The position numbers were made by a program, and so were the translations under genes. A DNA stretch of 57,877 nt, filler included, from Sphacelaria rigidula (taxonomy: Eukaryota): NCBI GenBank assembly GCA_964200075.2. It is 3 parts of 3 records of this genome, joined end to end, with 100 filler letters (N's around TTAATTAATTAA, not from the genome) between each part and the next. Parts side by side here need not be neighbours in the genome. Positions count along the whole stretch, not along the records: positions 1 to 19,227 come from CAXNAA020000706.1; 2 more parts are not named here. The stretch is one strand, 5' to 3'. The notes under the pieces were generated by a model. It was not told where the DNA came from, searched no databases, and saw nothing but the letters and a program-made list of their open reading frames with translations. The first letter of the stretch is position 1, and every line of letters starts with the position of its first letter. This document shows, one piece after another, positions 1-11,943 of this stretch.

Positions 1-62
1 CTCCCCACGCCGTACCGACAAGACCGGTCATGGCCTTCGTCGGAGGACGGGGAAAGGAGGTG

Positions 63-84
63 TATATATATATATATATATATA
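63..84. repeat. (TA)n microsatellite
   Basis: Direct reading. Confidence 0.9.
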
Positions 85-119
85 GCATGTTGCATTTCTG
101 GTGTGGCAATAAATGACAG

Positions 120-3060
120 GGTATATCCATCGATAAGCAGTGTGTACCGCGGTAGATCCTGGTATGCATCGACCGATAAGCATTGCCGTCATCAATAGTT
201 TTGGTACATGATCAATTGAAATCCCGCCGTCATTAATAGATCTGTGAAGCTATCCACCGATACATTTGGTCGGCTTCGATAGCTTCTGCTGTCGGGCCAC
301 AGAAAACTACTGTCCGGGCGATAGGGTGGGAAAGGAGTCCATCGAAATCCATCACCGATGACAACGGACAGAGAAACCCGTCAATCGATTTCCATTACTG
401 ACGACAATATTGACGTCTATTGCAGCACACCCTAGTGCCATTGCAGCGTCTATTGTCTACTGTTTAGTGTGTGGTTGCGTTCCCTCGTCGACCGTCGGGT
501 CGAACTTGTGTACCCACCACGAAGTCGCTCTCCGCTGTTGGAAATGATGTGAGAGATAATCCCAGCTCGTTGACTTTGCCGAGATTCGAACCCACCGTTC
601 CAAACGTCGAAAGGGTTTGTGATCGCCAACTGAGCCACCGAGGCGGCCGGCTATGCTCTTTGTGCACTGATAAATACGTGTCTTGTCTAAACATGACAAG
701 TAGAGTTGTTTCGTCAGGTGCTGTGTGAGAGAGAATATCAACTCTGTACCCGTTGCTTGAGGATGGAAGATGTGACCAAACCGATCGCTGACGGCAATAT
801 CATACTTCTAAGTACTAGCAACAGCGGTTTTGTCGTATTTTGCTCATGCCGACGACTGCAAGCCCGCTGAGCCTCACTCTCCTCTTGAGGTGTACATTTT
901 CACGTGTATGTTGTGCTTAAGCAGATACAGTATCACGTCATTCGTACACTTGTTGAGAGTTCATGTCTTCCGACCTCCTTCGCGTTTACAAGCTGGCACG
1001 ACACTGTGCAGTTGGTGATCCTTGCAGCGTAGTGAAATTTGCCCTGGAGAATGAAGTGTAAAGTGTGCAACGTACGCCCCGAAAACTGGCGATATTTGTC
1101 ATCATCTACGATTGTGCGGAAATTCAAACGTGTATGAAGGAACGGAAATAACGGCCGGCGTAACACTGGTGACCGGTCACCATCTCTTAACCGGTCTCAA
1201 ATATCACCTGACCATCTTTGAACTGGACGGATATACTGAAAATATCACGTGAACAGCATAGAACTGGTCCCAATCGAGGAACGTCGGCACCTGAGTGGGC
1301 AGGCTTCGATTCAAAATAACTTGGAAAACCGATCGTGCATAGAATCCAACAAGTCTTCTTGTTATGTGTGTAGCAATAGCATGCAAAGTATGCAAGCTTC
1401 GAAATTTTGCGTAGTCTTACTCCAAGGGGCGTGGACGATGATGATACCACACTCTGGACAATAGACACAAGATTAGTCCATTGCTACAGCAATACACATG
1501 GGGGAAAATCTATCGATATATTTTATCAAACACGATAGATGGTGAAACACATGTATTAATATGTATTGCAAGGGACAAAAGATGTTGCAATAGTCGATCG
1601 ATAGTCGATGGCAATGACAATAGATGAATATCACTCGCCAAAGATGAACATCATGAACTGCAGTAGATATTGGGATGTATGCACCGATAACCATTGCCAT
1701 AACCAATAGGTCTGGTGAGCCATCCATCGATGGTCATTACCGTCATCAATAGATTGGTGAGCCGTATATCGGTAGCCTGTGCTGCCAAGGATGCATTTTT
1801 TGGTCCCATCAATATGCGCCTTGCTTTCAACAATCGATTTTTCTCGGAAGCACCTATCGATAGCCAGTGACGCCAAAGATACGAAATATGTGCATACATA
1901 GCGCTAGTGATCGACGCCATTCAAGTACTTTTGTGGTCAGCAACAGATATCAGTGGCTGCGATTCAGATTACTTATCACTAGCGGTAGAGATTGGTGGAC
2001 GCGATTCAGAATCTACTGTGGCCCTCAATAGACATTGGTGGGCGCAATTGATATCCCAGTGACCAACAACATGTATTGATGGCCGCGTGGCAGATCCTAT
2101 TGTTATTAGCAATAGACATTGATGGCCGCAGTTCAGAGCCTATTGCAGAAAATAAAGTGTATCTATAGAGAACTTGGCCCCTCCATTGTCACGGCAATGA
2201 TACATTCCGTCCCTTGTCCCGAATCTACTGTCGCCTACAATAGCTATAGATAGGCATTGATGCCAGTCGATTATGACTGACAATGAACATTGACAGTCAA
2301 ATTTTCGGGGCTATTGCAGCGCCAATGTTCTATTACATATTGTGGTCTATTGCCCAGGGTATAAGCACATCTCACCCAAACACAATAGTACTGTGAGCGC
2401 CCATGTCCATCAGAGGGACAACCAAAAGTACCAACATCACACCGACGGCTTAAAATACATGTTGCGGATTCCTACAAAATACGAGCGTTACAAAACTGTA
2501 GAAACGTGATGTCATATATTGACAAGTAGAATTATTATATACCCACTGCATGCCCACCTGCGTCTCCTCTACCGTACCTTCACGGAGTATAATATGCTCT
2601 ATACATGGTATGTTGCGATGTAGCTGTGACAATAGATGACATATAGTATCTATCGGTAGGCGTTGTATACCACAGTAGTTTCTGGTATTTATATATCATT
2701 ATTCATTACCGCCACGCATGGATGTATACGCACTCCATCAATAGCTATTGCCGCCATCAATGGATTTGGTATACAATCTGTCAATAGCCATTGTCGTCAT
2801 CAATAGATTTGACACGCGGTCTATCGATAGCCATTTGGCCGTCATCAATAGATTTGTAAAGCTATCGACCAATGCATTTGGTCGGCCGTGATGGTTTTCG
2901 TTGTAGGGTCACAACAGACTGCTGCTCGGACAAAAGTGTGGGAAACTGGTCTATCGATAGACATTGCCAACGACAATAGGAAGAGAAAATTGCCGATCGA
3001 TGGTCATGACGGACAACAGTATTGGCATCTTGTGCAGCAGATTATATTGCTATCGCAATA
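120..3060. repeat. Degenerate CAATAG/ATCGATAG-rich repeat region with a ~300-bp direct repeat (~130-440 and ~2740-3060)
   Basis: Colinear blocks ..AATAGAT.TGT.AAGCTATC.ACC.AT.CATTTGGTCGGC.. at ~235 and ~2845; recurring CAATAGACATTG motif in 1450-2400. Confidence 0.65.
481..650 (-). mobile_element. tRNA-derived SINE, 3'-truncated or diverged copy of the same family
   Basis: The reverse complement reads CCGGCCGCCTCGGTGGCTCAGTTGG...GGGTTCGAATCTCGG...GGAGAGCGAC...GTGGGTACACAA...CGGTCGACGAGG, colinear with 29710-29880. Confidence 0.72.
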
Positions 3061-3559
3061 GATGCCGTCTTTTGTCCAGGGTGTGGGTGATACAAAGGAT
3101 GGGACGGGGTTCTTCATTTTCCTAGGAAACCAAAACAAGAAAATGGTGCAAGATGGAGAGCAATACACGCATGGGCACCTTTGACCATATATATTGTTGT
3201 AGTGATGATCGTGGGAACAAGCATGTCGATGGGAGGAAGATTTTACGGCGACCGTCCGACCGACCACCTAGTTTTGGGTCGGGTAATTGAAGCTGTCGCG
3301 CGCCATTGTTAGATGACCTTCACGGCTGTATCAATTGAGAAAAATGTTTCTATCACGACTTCTCGACCAGTTACTTTCGTTCGAAATCTTGTCGACAACA
3401 TATCGCCCCCGGGCCGAGGTCATGATCGTCTCTCTTCCTGCTGTGTGAGAGCTTAAGCTGTATGTGAGGCATCGGATGGATAACAGCTGCCCCGGGGGTG
3501 TTATTATTCCTCGCTATAGGATTCGTGTTTCTTCTGGCTCGTGTCCCGGACACGGTGCA

Positions 3560-6500
3560 GGGTCGCTCGAACAATAGCTTCAGAGCAAAACCTGATGACC
3601 AACAGCGACATCCGCGATAGCTTAGACCGCAGATTTACCTCCCTCCCTTATCATAGACAGTATGTGATGGCATGGTACCGAATCGCTGCCGTCTCAACGA
3701 CTGTCCGAAGCTGATTCCGCCTCACGTGAATGAAGATGATCGCTCACATGTGCATTGGCCAACTTTCAGGTTCCGCAAAAGCTTGGTGTCCAGAGAAACG
3801 GTTTTATCGATATATCCAACCAATAGTGCACTGCACTGTCGCTCTAGTACTACATGTATGCACGTCTGTACCCATTGTACTGTCTGGATGTTCAGGGGAC
3901 CCACTTTCCCCCCATCATTCCGCCACGTGCGCTGCTGATGCCAATAGCTAGACCAGCGCTACTAGCCTACTCATACTCACAAAAAGAGCCCTGACGATCA
4001 CTATGGAAGAATGTAGGTAACGGACGGCTGACGGAGATGGAGGCATTGATGACCTCCTACCGCCCCATCAACGACTTGCAAGAGTAGCTTCGCTTGCCTG
4101 TCTGTCGGTTTTATTTTCTCCTTGCATCGCTGACTTGGCAACAGACCCGCAACTGGAGGCGTATTATAATCGTGCAATGACGACTTGCTGCGGGGAGAAC
4201 CGCACTGTAGGGTGATGCCTGGATGCTCGATGATTCAACACAAGCCACACCAGCACGTTTAGAACATGCATGAACCGTAAAGTTGACTTTGATCTCCTGC
4301 ATGTGATGCACGTGTAATCTCTGTGGTGACACGAGATCTTCTGTCATGAAAAACGCTCCGGTCAAGGTATATTGTTTTACTTGCCTACAGCTCAGGTGTT
4401 CTCCTTTCATGGTCATTAGCAAACCTTGCAGGCGTGCGAGATGGCATTGCCAGCACACAATCGCTGTCATCTTTTACTGGAAGGGGCTGAGACGTGTGTA
4501 CAACAAGCTCATTCCGTGCAGAAGCTATGATCATTGCGGGCCTTGTACAGTCGCGAAGTAGTTCATTTCTAGCGGGAAGAAAGACGATGCCGTTGTTTGA
4601 TTTGCTGTACTTCTAGGAAAGTCTTGTAGCCTTACCTTTCGCTGGGATGTGGAGTACAGCACAGGTGGAATGTGCTAGTCACGAGGGGAAAACTTATACA
4701 CGAGTGGAATTGTGTTTGTCGTTGACATGCCTTGCGTGTTAACTCAGCGGTCTACCGTAAGAGTGCATGTTATCGCACCCTAGTGCGATCGCCGAATTAC
4801 ATGTTTTGCTTCTTCTATTTTTTCCGCACCCCCGTGCTAAATCAGGGCACCGTGCCAAATTGGGGACCCCCGTGCGAAAATCGAATTAAATCCCTTGCTT
4901 CTGCAGTTTGAAGAGCACCCTCGTGCGATAGCTCGGATCCGTGAGATGCTGAGTAAATGATTCGGTGCTTCCTCTTGGTTTTGCTTTTCACTCCCGTGCG
5001 ATAACACAGACCGTGCGATAGTGAAGAAGTAATTTAGCGGCTTCGAGTACCGGCACCCGCTGCTGCTGTCTTGCACTTTCCTGCCATCCCCACTCACAAC
5101 TCAACACACCCTTTTGTTCCTTGCATGGCGAGTGGTAGGTAGGTTTCCCGCCCGCTTGGGTGTCGAGTCGATGAGGAACTCGTTGCGGAGTTGTGTGATT
5201 GGTTCCTCTGATGCCGTGAACGCGTGAAAAATGCCGGTATCAGCATGGCACACGGAGGAGAACTCTTTTAGACATGCGCCTGGGACTGGTTGTATTCGTT
5301 GCGGGTTGCTTTCTCCTGGTATGTTTCTCCTCTCGTGTACTTGTAGTTGAGAGCATATGTTTCTCCTCTCGTGCTCCACTGGTGCCACTGCTGTGACAGG
5401 ATAGCATGAATGTACCGGTTATACTTTAGCCGGAGATGCAAAACAGAATTTTGTTTCGCCGGTCCTCCCGCGGCAGCAGACGAAGTCGCACCCGATATGG
5501 ATTCCATCGAAATTATCGTACCCCCATGCGATTTCAAGGACCCCCGTGCGAAAATGCAATGTGATCACTTCGAACTTTTGTTTTTGGCGCACTCCCGTGC
5601 CGAATGAAAGCACTGTGCCAAATCGGGGCACCGTACGATAGCACGCACTCTTACGGTATGCTCTGAAACTAGTGAAGGAAATAGTGGCGTCCGTCCTACT
5701 TAACCGAGAGTTGTGTAGTGAAGTTGTTGCCACCCGATCATCAGCAGGCTCGAATATTTGGGTGGGTTGTTCAAGGAAAATCAATACTTGAAGGTCTACA
5801 TGGATGGCCACCCCAACCGGACTGCCTACGTTGTTTCGCGCGATCCTTTGGCGTCAGACATATTTGAGTTATCTATGAGGCGTTGCTGTCGTGTTTAGAG
5901 TGGGAAAGCAGCGCCGCTGAGTGGGCACGGTCTTGAATCAATCCAACACTGAAGGTGCGGCTTGTACATTTGTCTCTCAGACAACGGCTGTTTTGCAAAG
6001 ACGCACAGGCAGCGTGGTTTGCGGTGCGGTCGCGCCATGAGAACGGGGCGGCGTTGCGAACCCCATTCAAGGAACATGAACCCGCATAGCCTGAGAGTGG
6101 TGACCCAGTACTTATGGCATGATTATGAATATCTGATGGGTTTCCAAGTCGGTTCATCCCACGGCTCAAACATTCACTTTCAAAACGTAGGGCTAGAAAA
6201 CACTGCTTCGATTTGAAGAGTGTCGCGAGGTCGTCCTCGAGTACGGTGTTTGGAGAAGGACTGTACGGTACAGTGCAGTACTCGATCTTGGCGGTATCAC
6301 TGCGGCACAGAGTGTGCGGTGCGGCACGGGGTGGTGTTGTAGTCACTTGGTTCAGCTCGAAGCACAGCATGTGGTTCTCCGAAACTGCAGTGCCTTATAT
6401 TACGAGGCCAAAACGATGAGTGCACCTGCAGCGACAAATGCAGTCCTCAGCAAACCGTACTTGCGAGGGTACTGCATGCATTCATGTACACCTGGTAGGT

Positions 6501-8420
6501 CACACAATTTTGTTGTACAATCCCAACTTCGGCAGTCATCGCGGAAGTACAGGAAGGGCTTCAGAAATTGACGCCCTCCGCGAAGCAGGAACGGTACGAC
6601 TGACGGCTCTATTGTGGTGCCACTTTTCCAGCAAGCACCGTCCGAGTACCTGGGGTGAAGTTGAAATAAGGAATGACAAAGCAACTCTACCCATTATCGG
6701 ACTACACGGCTCACCGCACACAGGAGTTCAATTCACTATCACAATTCTTTTGGCACACCGATCGGTGGACAGGAAATAGCGAAAGTAACCACACCGACTT
6801 TGGCACCCACCCCTTCGGGCAGAACGACGAAAACCGACGTAGGACAAGGTAGTTGGGAGTGCACAATACGAGAGAGATACGAAAGCACCACAACAGCATT
6901 TATTTTGCTGTACTCGTCGTAGTACAGGTATTTGATACTTTGCAATTTCTCGAACCCGCTGTCCTAAGGTTTGAACAATGGAGAATGCAGATGTACGAGT
7001 GAAAGATACGGCGACAGAAACCACTTTTCTGAAACAAATTGCTTCAGCGCGTAAGCTTTCGTCATAAAATCATGAGTAACAGGAAGTTACGTAGTGGTGA
7101 TCCTCGCCCCACACTCACTCTGCGTTGAAACTTTGTTGCTCAATTCGAAACCTCTTCCCGTTCCGGCCCGCTGCGGATCAGACAAGTCCCACTTCAGGTT
7201 TCGAGCTCCATACACCGCGTGCCCTGCAGCGCTGTAGAGACGTTAGCAAGGAACAGGATTCAGTTATTCGTTTCTACATTCTGACACACGTTTCCCACAT
7301 TCGTTAGCCCACGATTTCATCACCCGGCATGCGTGCTAGGGGCGTTGTGCCGTCTCTACCGCAGAGTTTCACCTCGTGAAAGACAAACTGGCTTAATGGG
7401 CGATGACCACGCACAGCCGACATGCAATGTTCTTTAGTTATATGGGCCGTGTGGGATGACAAACTACAGCACATGTGAGGTATGAAGCTCTACTCACAGG
7501 CATTCGTCGTAGGAGGCCAGAAGAGAGCTACGACCTCATTTCGTTTGTTACGAGATGAGTCATTGAGTGTGTTGGAGTCATTTCTGTTACAAAATAATTT
7601 ATCAGGTGATTTGGAGCCCGTAGCCCTTTTGGTACCGACTCCCCACTAAAACGGGGTTGACCATGGGTCAGTAAAATAAGAACAGATTTGTCAAGGAGCG
7701 ACCTGCCCAATCACGGCGAGGCGAAATTTATCGACCACACCCGAACAATCAGCGCGGGGATTGTTACCGAGTTTGATGTCACTGCCAAGATCGTGTGGGT
7801 GCCTTGTCCCTGGCCCAGATATATTTCATTCGCAGGTATGCAAAGCCCGGATGCTCGGGAAACGATTTCTCGTTTTACTTGTATTTAACATAGCGCTCCC
7901 GTGATTCCCCGCATGTTTTCTTGGGTCACCAGCCAGTACTAAAGTGTAGTAATTACACTAGCACATGATTGTCGGGGGGGGGGGGGACCGGGGAAAAGTG
8001 CACATGCTACAATGTGGTCACTGTCATGAGGCACTAAACCCAGCCAAGCCGTGGAAGGAGAGAAGAAGCTATACTCACGAGTTTCGCCTATCCCTCTACC
8101 GATGCCTTGCAGAACACAGCAAACAGTAAACATGTATGAAGTGGGCGAGGACGAAGGAGCGGTATATAGGCGGCTGATTTCGGTACCTGGGAACTATCCA
8201 GAACGTGCAAGGGAGTATGCTAAGGCAGCTGCTGCTGCAGTCGGAGAGGCGTACTGTACTGTACTGTACTGTACTGTCGTGCATGTATGTGCGCCGCAAC
8301 GCCCACATTCTTCGAAGAGAATTTGCCGCTTGCAACGAGGAGGGGAATCGCGGCCCACCCCGATCACAAAGGGCTGTGTGGCACGGTGATGGGGACACTA
8401 ATATCATCGAAAGCCACAGG
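3560..8420 (+). pseudogene. Possible decayed multi-exon gene or transposon relic, identity unknown
   Basis: Exon-like blocks such as RLEYLGGLFKENQYLKVYMDGHPNRTAYVVSRDP (~5747-5880) and TQQTVNMYEVGEDEGAVYRRLISVPGNYPERAREY (~8113-8250); others carry stops or frameshifts. Confidence 0.25.
4753..5658. mobile_element. Non-autonomous Tc1/mariner-pogo-type DNA transposon (TA|CCGTA...TACGG|TA)
   Basis: ~26-bp TIRs TACCGTAAGAGTGCATGTTATCGCAC / GTACGATAGCACGCACTCTTACGGTA, TA at both ends, and many subterminal CCGTGC(GA) motifs. Confidence 0.8.
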
Positions 8421-9284
8421 TGGCGGGCGGCCCACCCGTCGCCGCATCCTGTTGTAAGCTCTCTACGGCGACCCATACTGCTGGTTACATCAGATGTACA
8501 TCACCTAATGCGCACCCCACCCGAATGACACTTCATATCTGCACCTTGAAAAAGATTGGATGAAACTCCCGGTATTCCTCCCAACCCTGCGGTTACACAC
8601 GTGGATTTTCAGCAACATGAAGGCACTGTTTCGTGCAGACGCCAGACACGTCATTCCTCACCAGCCTCATTGGTCGTTCTGGAGGCCCGATCCAAAAGCG
8701 TAAAAATCGGAGAATCCACAGGTGGTCACGTCTGCGTTAAAAAGCCGTAGAGGAAGGCATTCATTTGATCTGGGTTATGTATGGTGGCTCGTCACTCCAC
8801 ATGGATTAATCGATAGACTGTCTCACAAGTACATTGATTTTCGCATTATTGTAAAAAATAAAGAGATGGCATAATGCAATACGATTGAACGCGTTCGACC
8901 TCGTATCGGTCTCATACGCTCGGAACACTGCCCTATGTGTCACGACAACAGTCCTTGTTTCTGATCAGTAACCTCAAGCCGCAATGGTTTTTAAAAGTAC
9001 CGATTGGTGCCATGAAGCATGCGGACCTAAAAAGAACACTCCTCGTAGTCTTGCTCTTCAGGGTATAGGTCACAAGATCACACAGATTCATAGTCATTGA
9101 CATTCACCCGTTTTGGCCAGTTCACCCGTTTTGGCCAAACAAATCGGTTCTAGATGCAATTTGGTTCACGAGGACCACTCGTACAATACTCATCCGCACA
9201 CCTTCCACACGTGGGACGAGCACGAGTATGACTCATGGCACTCGCATTCGTTGGACTGCTTGTTGACCGTTTTTGAAGGCCCGT

Positions 9285-9520
9285 GAGCACTTGCGTGATT
9301 GCTCGTTGTGGGAAACTAAATAGGCCGAGCACACGAGTCATTGCTCGTTGTGGGAAAACAATTAGGCCGAGCAATCGAGTCATTGCTCGCCGTGGAAATA
9401 ATAACAGGGCGAGCACTCGAGTCATTGCTCGTTGTGGACAAATTGATAGGGCGAGCAAACGAGTCATTGCTGGTTGTGGGAAAAGCCAATAGGGCGAGCA
9501 CTCGAGTCGTGCTCGTTTTG
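9285..9520. repeat. 42-bp minisatellite, ~5.6 copies, each with an internal palindrome
   Basis: Units GAGCACTCGAGTCATTGCTCGTTGTGGGAAAA...TAGG(C/G)C start at 9285, 9327, 9369, 9411, 9453 and 9496. Confidence 0.9.
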
Positions 9521-9587
9521 TTCCCAAACACATCAACGTGTGCACTCGTCTCGACGAGTAAATACTCCTCCGACGTGTGAAAACTTC

Positions 9588-9850
9588 CCGCAGGGACTAG
9601 AGTTGGATTCTGAAAATTCGTACATGTGTACTTTACGTCACCACGTAGCTTTCCGTCGATAAGGTGTTTCGATTTCTTTCCTTTCGCTGTCCGGGGGTCC
9701 TAGGGTGATGGGGGATGTGGGGCGATCACGTGACGTTGTGGGACTCCCGACAATAGGCGAAGACATCATTCGGAAAACTCGTCGTCAGAAGATCGTGATG
9801 ACATAAAGATCATGTGTGCAATTTTCAGAGTGCAAGTCCAAAACCCTGTG
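9588..9850. mobile_element. MITE-like element with ~55-bp imperfect TIRs
   Basis: CGCAGGG...TTCTGAAAATT...CATG...CTTTACGTCACCACG is inverted relative to CGTGATGACATAAAG..CATG..AATTTTCAGA...CCCTGTG. Confidence 0.6.
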
Positions 9851-10192
9851 TGAAAGAGCGAAGCAACTTCGAAAGTTTGTCGACAATCTATATTTTTTCC
9901 TCATGGAGCACCAATACCTAGCGGACTGCTAAGTTTGAGGGTGATCCGAGCATCGTTGCGACAGATGCAAGCAAAAGCATCCAGAGGCCTTTTTATCAGT
10001 AGAGATCCGACGACGCTATTACCACACATCACAGAGATTTGACAGGTCCGGGTATTTGATCCCGTAGTAACCGTTTTCTGACGTGTTTTTCCCTCGTAGA
10101 TCCCTAAGCTGGTGGTTGATGCTAAGAACTGAAGCACGTGAAGAGTAAGTAAAAATTGGGTCTCATCCATGTACTTGTTGTGTTACATGTCG

Positions 10193-10295
10193 CACTGCGA
10201 CCCCCCCCCCCCTGCTCGGGACGAGCCTATGGCCTCAAGAGATCAACTCATTTCTCCCTAGTACACGCCTTGCAATTTGGTCTCGCGGACTGGTT
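10193..10295 (+). repeat. Interspersed repeat (second copy at 36282-36388)
   Basis: Poly-C..CTCGG.ACGAG..CAAG.GATCAAC.CAT.TCTCCC..GTACACGCCTTGCA.TTTGGT.TCGCGG is present in both. Confidence 0.7.
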
Positions 10296-11499
10296 CAGCA
10301 CTCCCGCACCGCGTCAACTGTCGTCAAATAAACTCAGTCAAGCCCACATACCCACGCTTTCGACGGCAGAAATGAGGTGCATCGAGGAAAAGACCCGACG
10401 CATCGGGAACCGAACCTATCATCTCTCCATTCTAGCGGTCACAGTCAGACCATTGCACCACAAGGGCGCGGCGGCGCGTGAGAAAGTCATGCGTTTGATT
10501 TCAGACCAATTTGGAGGCTGCTGATTGGTCAAGGCATATTTTCGCCCTCTAGCGGCACCGCTACGGTCTTGTACAAAACTCCGGGTATGTCACTCTCTTC
10601 ATTTGTCCACGGGCAGTATGATGCCATGTATGCAAATGTTCGATGAGGGCTGCGAAGGAGATCTGCCGATGAGTGTATCTGGGGCGTTAACCTTGAACCG
10701 GCCTGTATGGCTAGTCATGTTCACTAGTCCTCGCTAACCACCAAACGTTTGTTTTGTTCTTCAATGTGGGTTTGTAATGATATCCCGTTCACAGGGTGCA
10801 AGCGAGTCGCCAACCACAGGTTTCGCTGTGCTGTCTGTTTAACAGTGATGGTTGTAATGATTCCTGTGCACCTTGCAGCGCGTGTTTTATTTAGCATGTG
10901 CTCGGGAGCATACTCACCCACCGGCATTCCCCCCGCCCCAGACACAGTTTTCCCCCAAGAGCAGCTGAAACATGTCACGCGACAGGAGCCACGTGGAAAG
11001 AGTAGTCAACAATCAAGAATGGAATGGTTGTAGATTCGGACAACGTGAGAAATATCTCCTGGACGATCCAGCACCAGTATCCGGGGCTGCTATTATAGTC
11101 GTCGGAAGGCACCACCTTCACCATGTTGCCGTGGTTCTTGAACGGAGTCATCGATAGACAGCAAGTGGGATTGGGTATATGTTCACGAACGTTTGGAAGC
11201 ATTGCGTGCTTTATCGGCACGCAAAGTACGTAGACGGCACATGTGATTGTCGTCGTGCATGGGCCCCGCCTTCGTAATGGGGGCATATCACACATGAGGG
11301 TTTGAGGTCTTCACAGTCAAACCTTGTTTACTGTGTGTGCAATTGCCAGGCACATGACAACAACAAAACGTCATACAATGCGTGATGGACAGGTTTTCAT
11401 ATGGCCAGCATTTCATGCGTATCTTTCTCACGCGTCTACGTTCCTGAAGCGGTGCAGCAACGGTCCTGTGAGATGTTCACTTTTGCCTTCTGGTCAACA

Positions 11500-11943
11500 C
11501 ACGCGGGATATTGCAACTTGGGGATTGATCATTTATTGGGGATGAGAAACCCGGGGAATTAAAATATTCGTATCAACATCAAATCTTCGAAATATGGTTC
11601 CATTTCTTCACCTACCGATAGCTATTGACAACTGCTACACGCCATTGGAATTTGGATTTCGATCACCGAAACGTTAGGGTCCTATTTGAAAATAACATTT
11701 TCGGAACCATTTTGGCGTCCGTTCGGACAGCCGAAATTCCCAAAAGTTGTTTTTTCACCTAGGACCCCATCATTTCAGTGATCGAGAACCAAATTTGTAT
11801 GGCGTGTAGCAGTTGTCAACAGCCATCAATAGGAGAAGAAATGTAACCATATTTCGAAGATATGTGTTGATACGAAGATTTTAAATCTCCGGGTTTCTCA
11901 TCCTCAAAAAAAGATTCATCCCCAATTTGAAAGATCCCGTGTT
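11500..11943. mobile_element. Foldback (long palindromic) MITE
   Basis: ~200-bp arms, e.g. GGATGAGAAACCCGG / CCGGGTTTCTCATCC and TCTTCGAAATATGGTT / AACCATATTTCGAAGA. Same family as 44031-44413. Confidence 0.8.

Noticed and set aside
9285-9520. CRISPR array
   Set aside because: The variable parts are only ~10 bp and similar to each other, there are no cas genes, and the context is eukaryotic.
10975-11160. Kinase-like or transposase-like fragment (KNHGNMVKVV...WIVQEIF), minus strand
   Set aside because: The resemblance is too short, with no adjoining catalytic motifs; it cannot be supported without a search.
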